64,000 nt of DNA from Macrostomum hystrix. Lineage: Eukaryota > Animalia > Platyhelminthes. How positions within the stretch are numbered: the stretch's first letter is position 1; the number at the start of each line of letters is the position of its first letter. A program made the translations under genes and the position numbers. Positions 61,444-64,000 of this stretch are shown here, piece after piece. The stretch is taken from contig CATNEN010000039.1 in assembly GCA_950097015.1 (NCBI GenBank), positions 11,408,001 to 11,472,000 of the forward strand, written 5' to 3'. Under the pieces are notes generated by a model. That model worked only from the letters and a program-made list of their open reading frames with translations, was not told where the DNA came from and searched no databases.

Positions 61444-62564
61444 TGGAGTTGGAGACTTTGCATTTTCATGTATTTTTGTGTCACTCCTCATCCGTTGGCT
61501 GCTGCGGCAGAAGTCAGTAATATTCAACCCCATCATTATCATACCTCGTGAAGTAATCCTGGATTCAGATCGCGGTGTTAATCGCCCCCCAGCTTAGCCA
61601 CCATTTTTTATGTTCGAAAGAAAAATCGACGATGCAGTTTTATGCACAGCCAGCTCTAAAGCTGAAGCTACTCATAATTCCTAGAATGCTCTGTCGAGGA
61701 GCGAATTCAGTTTGTGAAGAGCCTCGCGTCTGTCCTCGTTTCTTGTCCTTCCCAGGTCTTGCACAGAGCGCATCAGCATCTTCTGAAGTCGCGACAATGG
61801 AAAATCCCTAGTGAAAGAAATTTCACCTTTGAGCAAAAATTCTCTTTATTTTTCTGTCGATCTTCAATTGCTATTTGCTCACCTGACGGGCGGGCGATAT
61901 TTGAGTAAGAGGTTGGCGCGGAAGGCTTGCGTCGGGATTTCAATGTGTGTTCCAGCAGTTTCCTTCTCAAACGGCCCTCCGAGCTGCTTCTTGAGCACAA
62001 GAGTGAGCAGCCCATCTCACCTGACAGATCGTGACAAGCTGGAAGAAGCACCTCTAGACGAAAACAAAAAATTGTGAAATTCATCGCAAATGGGGCAGCA
62101 AACAGTGGGACGAAGCACTTGGATTGGAGGCCCTTGCAACATCCCAATTTATGCTCCGAGAAAAGCGTTTAAGAATGGAATAACTTCAAAGCCTTGTTCA
62201 GGCAGTAACTGCCCAAAATTTGCAGGTCCAGAGCCTTCTATGCTTTGTAGGGCCTTGCCTGAGTTAATTTTATGACAACCCTCCACTCCAAATAAGAAGG
62301 GATTGATTCACTCGCTCTCTGAACAGGCCTTGCTCAAACAGGGAAAGAACTTCAAGAATTTTGCTGCAGCTAGCCAAACTTTAAAATGCTTAAGTTAACA
62401 ACTTGAGCTGGTGTTCTTCAGTAATTACCCATTTGAGTTCGTCAAGACTGCTTAAAGGTTTGCTAGCAATAGTGCACTGATGAAGCATCTAGACAGGGCC
62501 AATTAAAATCATGTCAGCAAGAGTGTCTGACAGGTGAATTAGTGCACAGCAGGTGGGTTAGTGC

Positions 62565-63275
62565 CTAACAGCTGTGTTGTTGTCTAACAGGTGCGTTGTT
62601 TTCTAACAGGTGTGTTGTTGTCTAACAGGTGTGTTGTTGTTTAACAGGTGTGTAGTTGTCTAACAGGTGTGTTGTTGTCTAACAGGTGTGTTGTTGTCTA
62701 ACAGGTGTGTTGTTGTCTAAAAGGTGGGTTGTTTTCTAACAGCTGTGTTGTTGTCTAACAGGTGCGTTGTTTTCTAACAGGTGTGTAGTTGTCTAACAGG
62801 TGTGTAGTTGTCTAACAGGTGTGTTGTTGTCTAACAGGTGTGTTGTTGTCTAACAGGTGTGTTGTTGTCTAAAAGGTGTGTTGTTGTCTAACAGGTGGGT
62901 AGCTGTCTAACAGGTGTGTTGTTGTCTAACAGGTAGATTAGTGTCTAACAGTTAGAATAGTGTCCAACAGGTGTGCTGTTGTCCAACAAGTGTGTTGTTG
63001 TCTAACAGGTGGGTAGCTGTCTAACAGGTGTGTTGTTGTCTAACAGGTAGATTAGTGTCTAACAGTTAGAATTGTGTCCAACAGGTGTGTTGTTGTCTAA
63101 CAGGTAGATTAGTGTCTAAGAGGTAGAATAGTGTCTAACAGGTAGATTAGTGTCTAACAGGTAGAATAGTGTCTAACAGTTAGAATAGTGTCTAACAGGT
63201 GTGTTGTTGTCTAACAGGTAGATTAGTGTCTAACAGGTAGATTAGTGTCTAACAGGTGTGTGTTGTCTAACAGGT
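62565..63275. repeat. 19-bp minisatellite, about 37 copies, two subtypes
   Basis: TCTAACAGGTGTGTTGTTG and TCTAACAGGTAGA(T/A)TAGTG. Confidence 0.93.
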
Positions 63276-64000
63276 GAGCTTTTATGTTAGAAATCGGCAA
63301 GTGTCTAACACGAAAAACGTATATCTGTTTTCTAACTTTTGAGCTATTATGTGACTGGTAGAAAGTGTCTAACAGATGGGCTAGTTTAAGCAAACAAACA
63401 AGAGTCTAGTATAGTTTGCAGATTGACAAGTGTCTTGCCTAATGGCTCAAGTCTAAAATGTGTTTGAGTGATAAGCAAGTGTGACTAATGGCACCAAAAG
63501 TTGATCCTGAATACTAGATCTCACGATTATACGCTTACTATGGGCTATTTTTATAACTGGATTTCAAACCAGGCCTCTTTTAATACTGATTCTATGCAAA
63601 ACTTTTATGCCTTGTCGTTGTTATTGGTTTTGTAGTCCCCACGAGCCTGAAAGCTTTTTACACTCACTTTCAGCACAATAGCGCGTGCATAGAAATGTCT
63701 TAATGTTCTCCTTAATGTCATGACACGCTCGAGACAGGGTAAAAATACAATTTTTCTCCCATTCCTTTGATTTTAACGCTAAGTTAATTTTTCTCCGATT
63801 TAACCAATCGATTTTCCCATATAATCTATCAATCCTCACAGCCAACCAGTCTATTCTCTCTGCCAATAAGTTATTTCAGTCAAGCAATCGTTTTTAACAT
63901 TTAATTTATCGATTTCTGTCTATTAATAAAAAAGATTTATTGATTAATCAATATATAATATCATTCTATTCTACGTGAGTTATGATGTGATTGTTATTTC

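Overview
This is eukaryotic (animal) genomic DNA with spliceosomal GT-AG introns. Gene content and repeat style suggest a free-living flatworm such as Macrostomum, but that is inference only. Intron-containing genes reconstructed by hand: a prosaposin-like gene (-, runs off the left edge), a SATB/dve (Compass-class) homeobox gene (-), DNA2 nuclease-helicase (-), a PTB/PID adaptor (+), a secreted WSC+PAN protein (-), two secreted PAN+fibrinogen-domain paralogs (-), PEX6 (-) and a Gfo/Idh/MocA inositol-dehydrogenase-like gene (-). A 20-peptide neuropeptide precursor (-) is encoded in one coding exon. Several introns are filled almost entirely by 31-35 bp minisatellites. Mobile DNA includes a Gypsy-type 3' end plus LTR, about 10 copies of a tRNA-headed SINE, RTE-like LINE fragments, two foldback MITEs, a chimeric mariner and a DIRS-like remnant. 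Best leads: (1) an LTR with three perfect heat-shock elements upstream of a TATA box, pointing antisense into prosaposin; (2) twin PAN-fibrinogen genes that are nearly identical through the scaffold and intron but hypervariable in the ligand-binding loops, next to a WSC-PAN gene; (3) the GFRNSFGAGDF polypeptide precursor; (4) a shared CTGT..ACAG / YTRACAG core in unrelated minisatellites. Most long ORFs listed over the repeats are artefacts.
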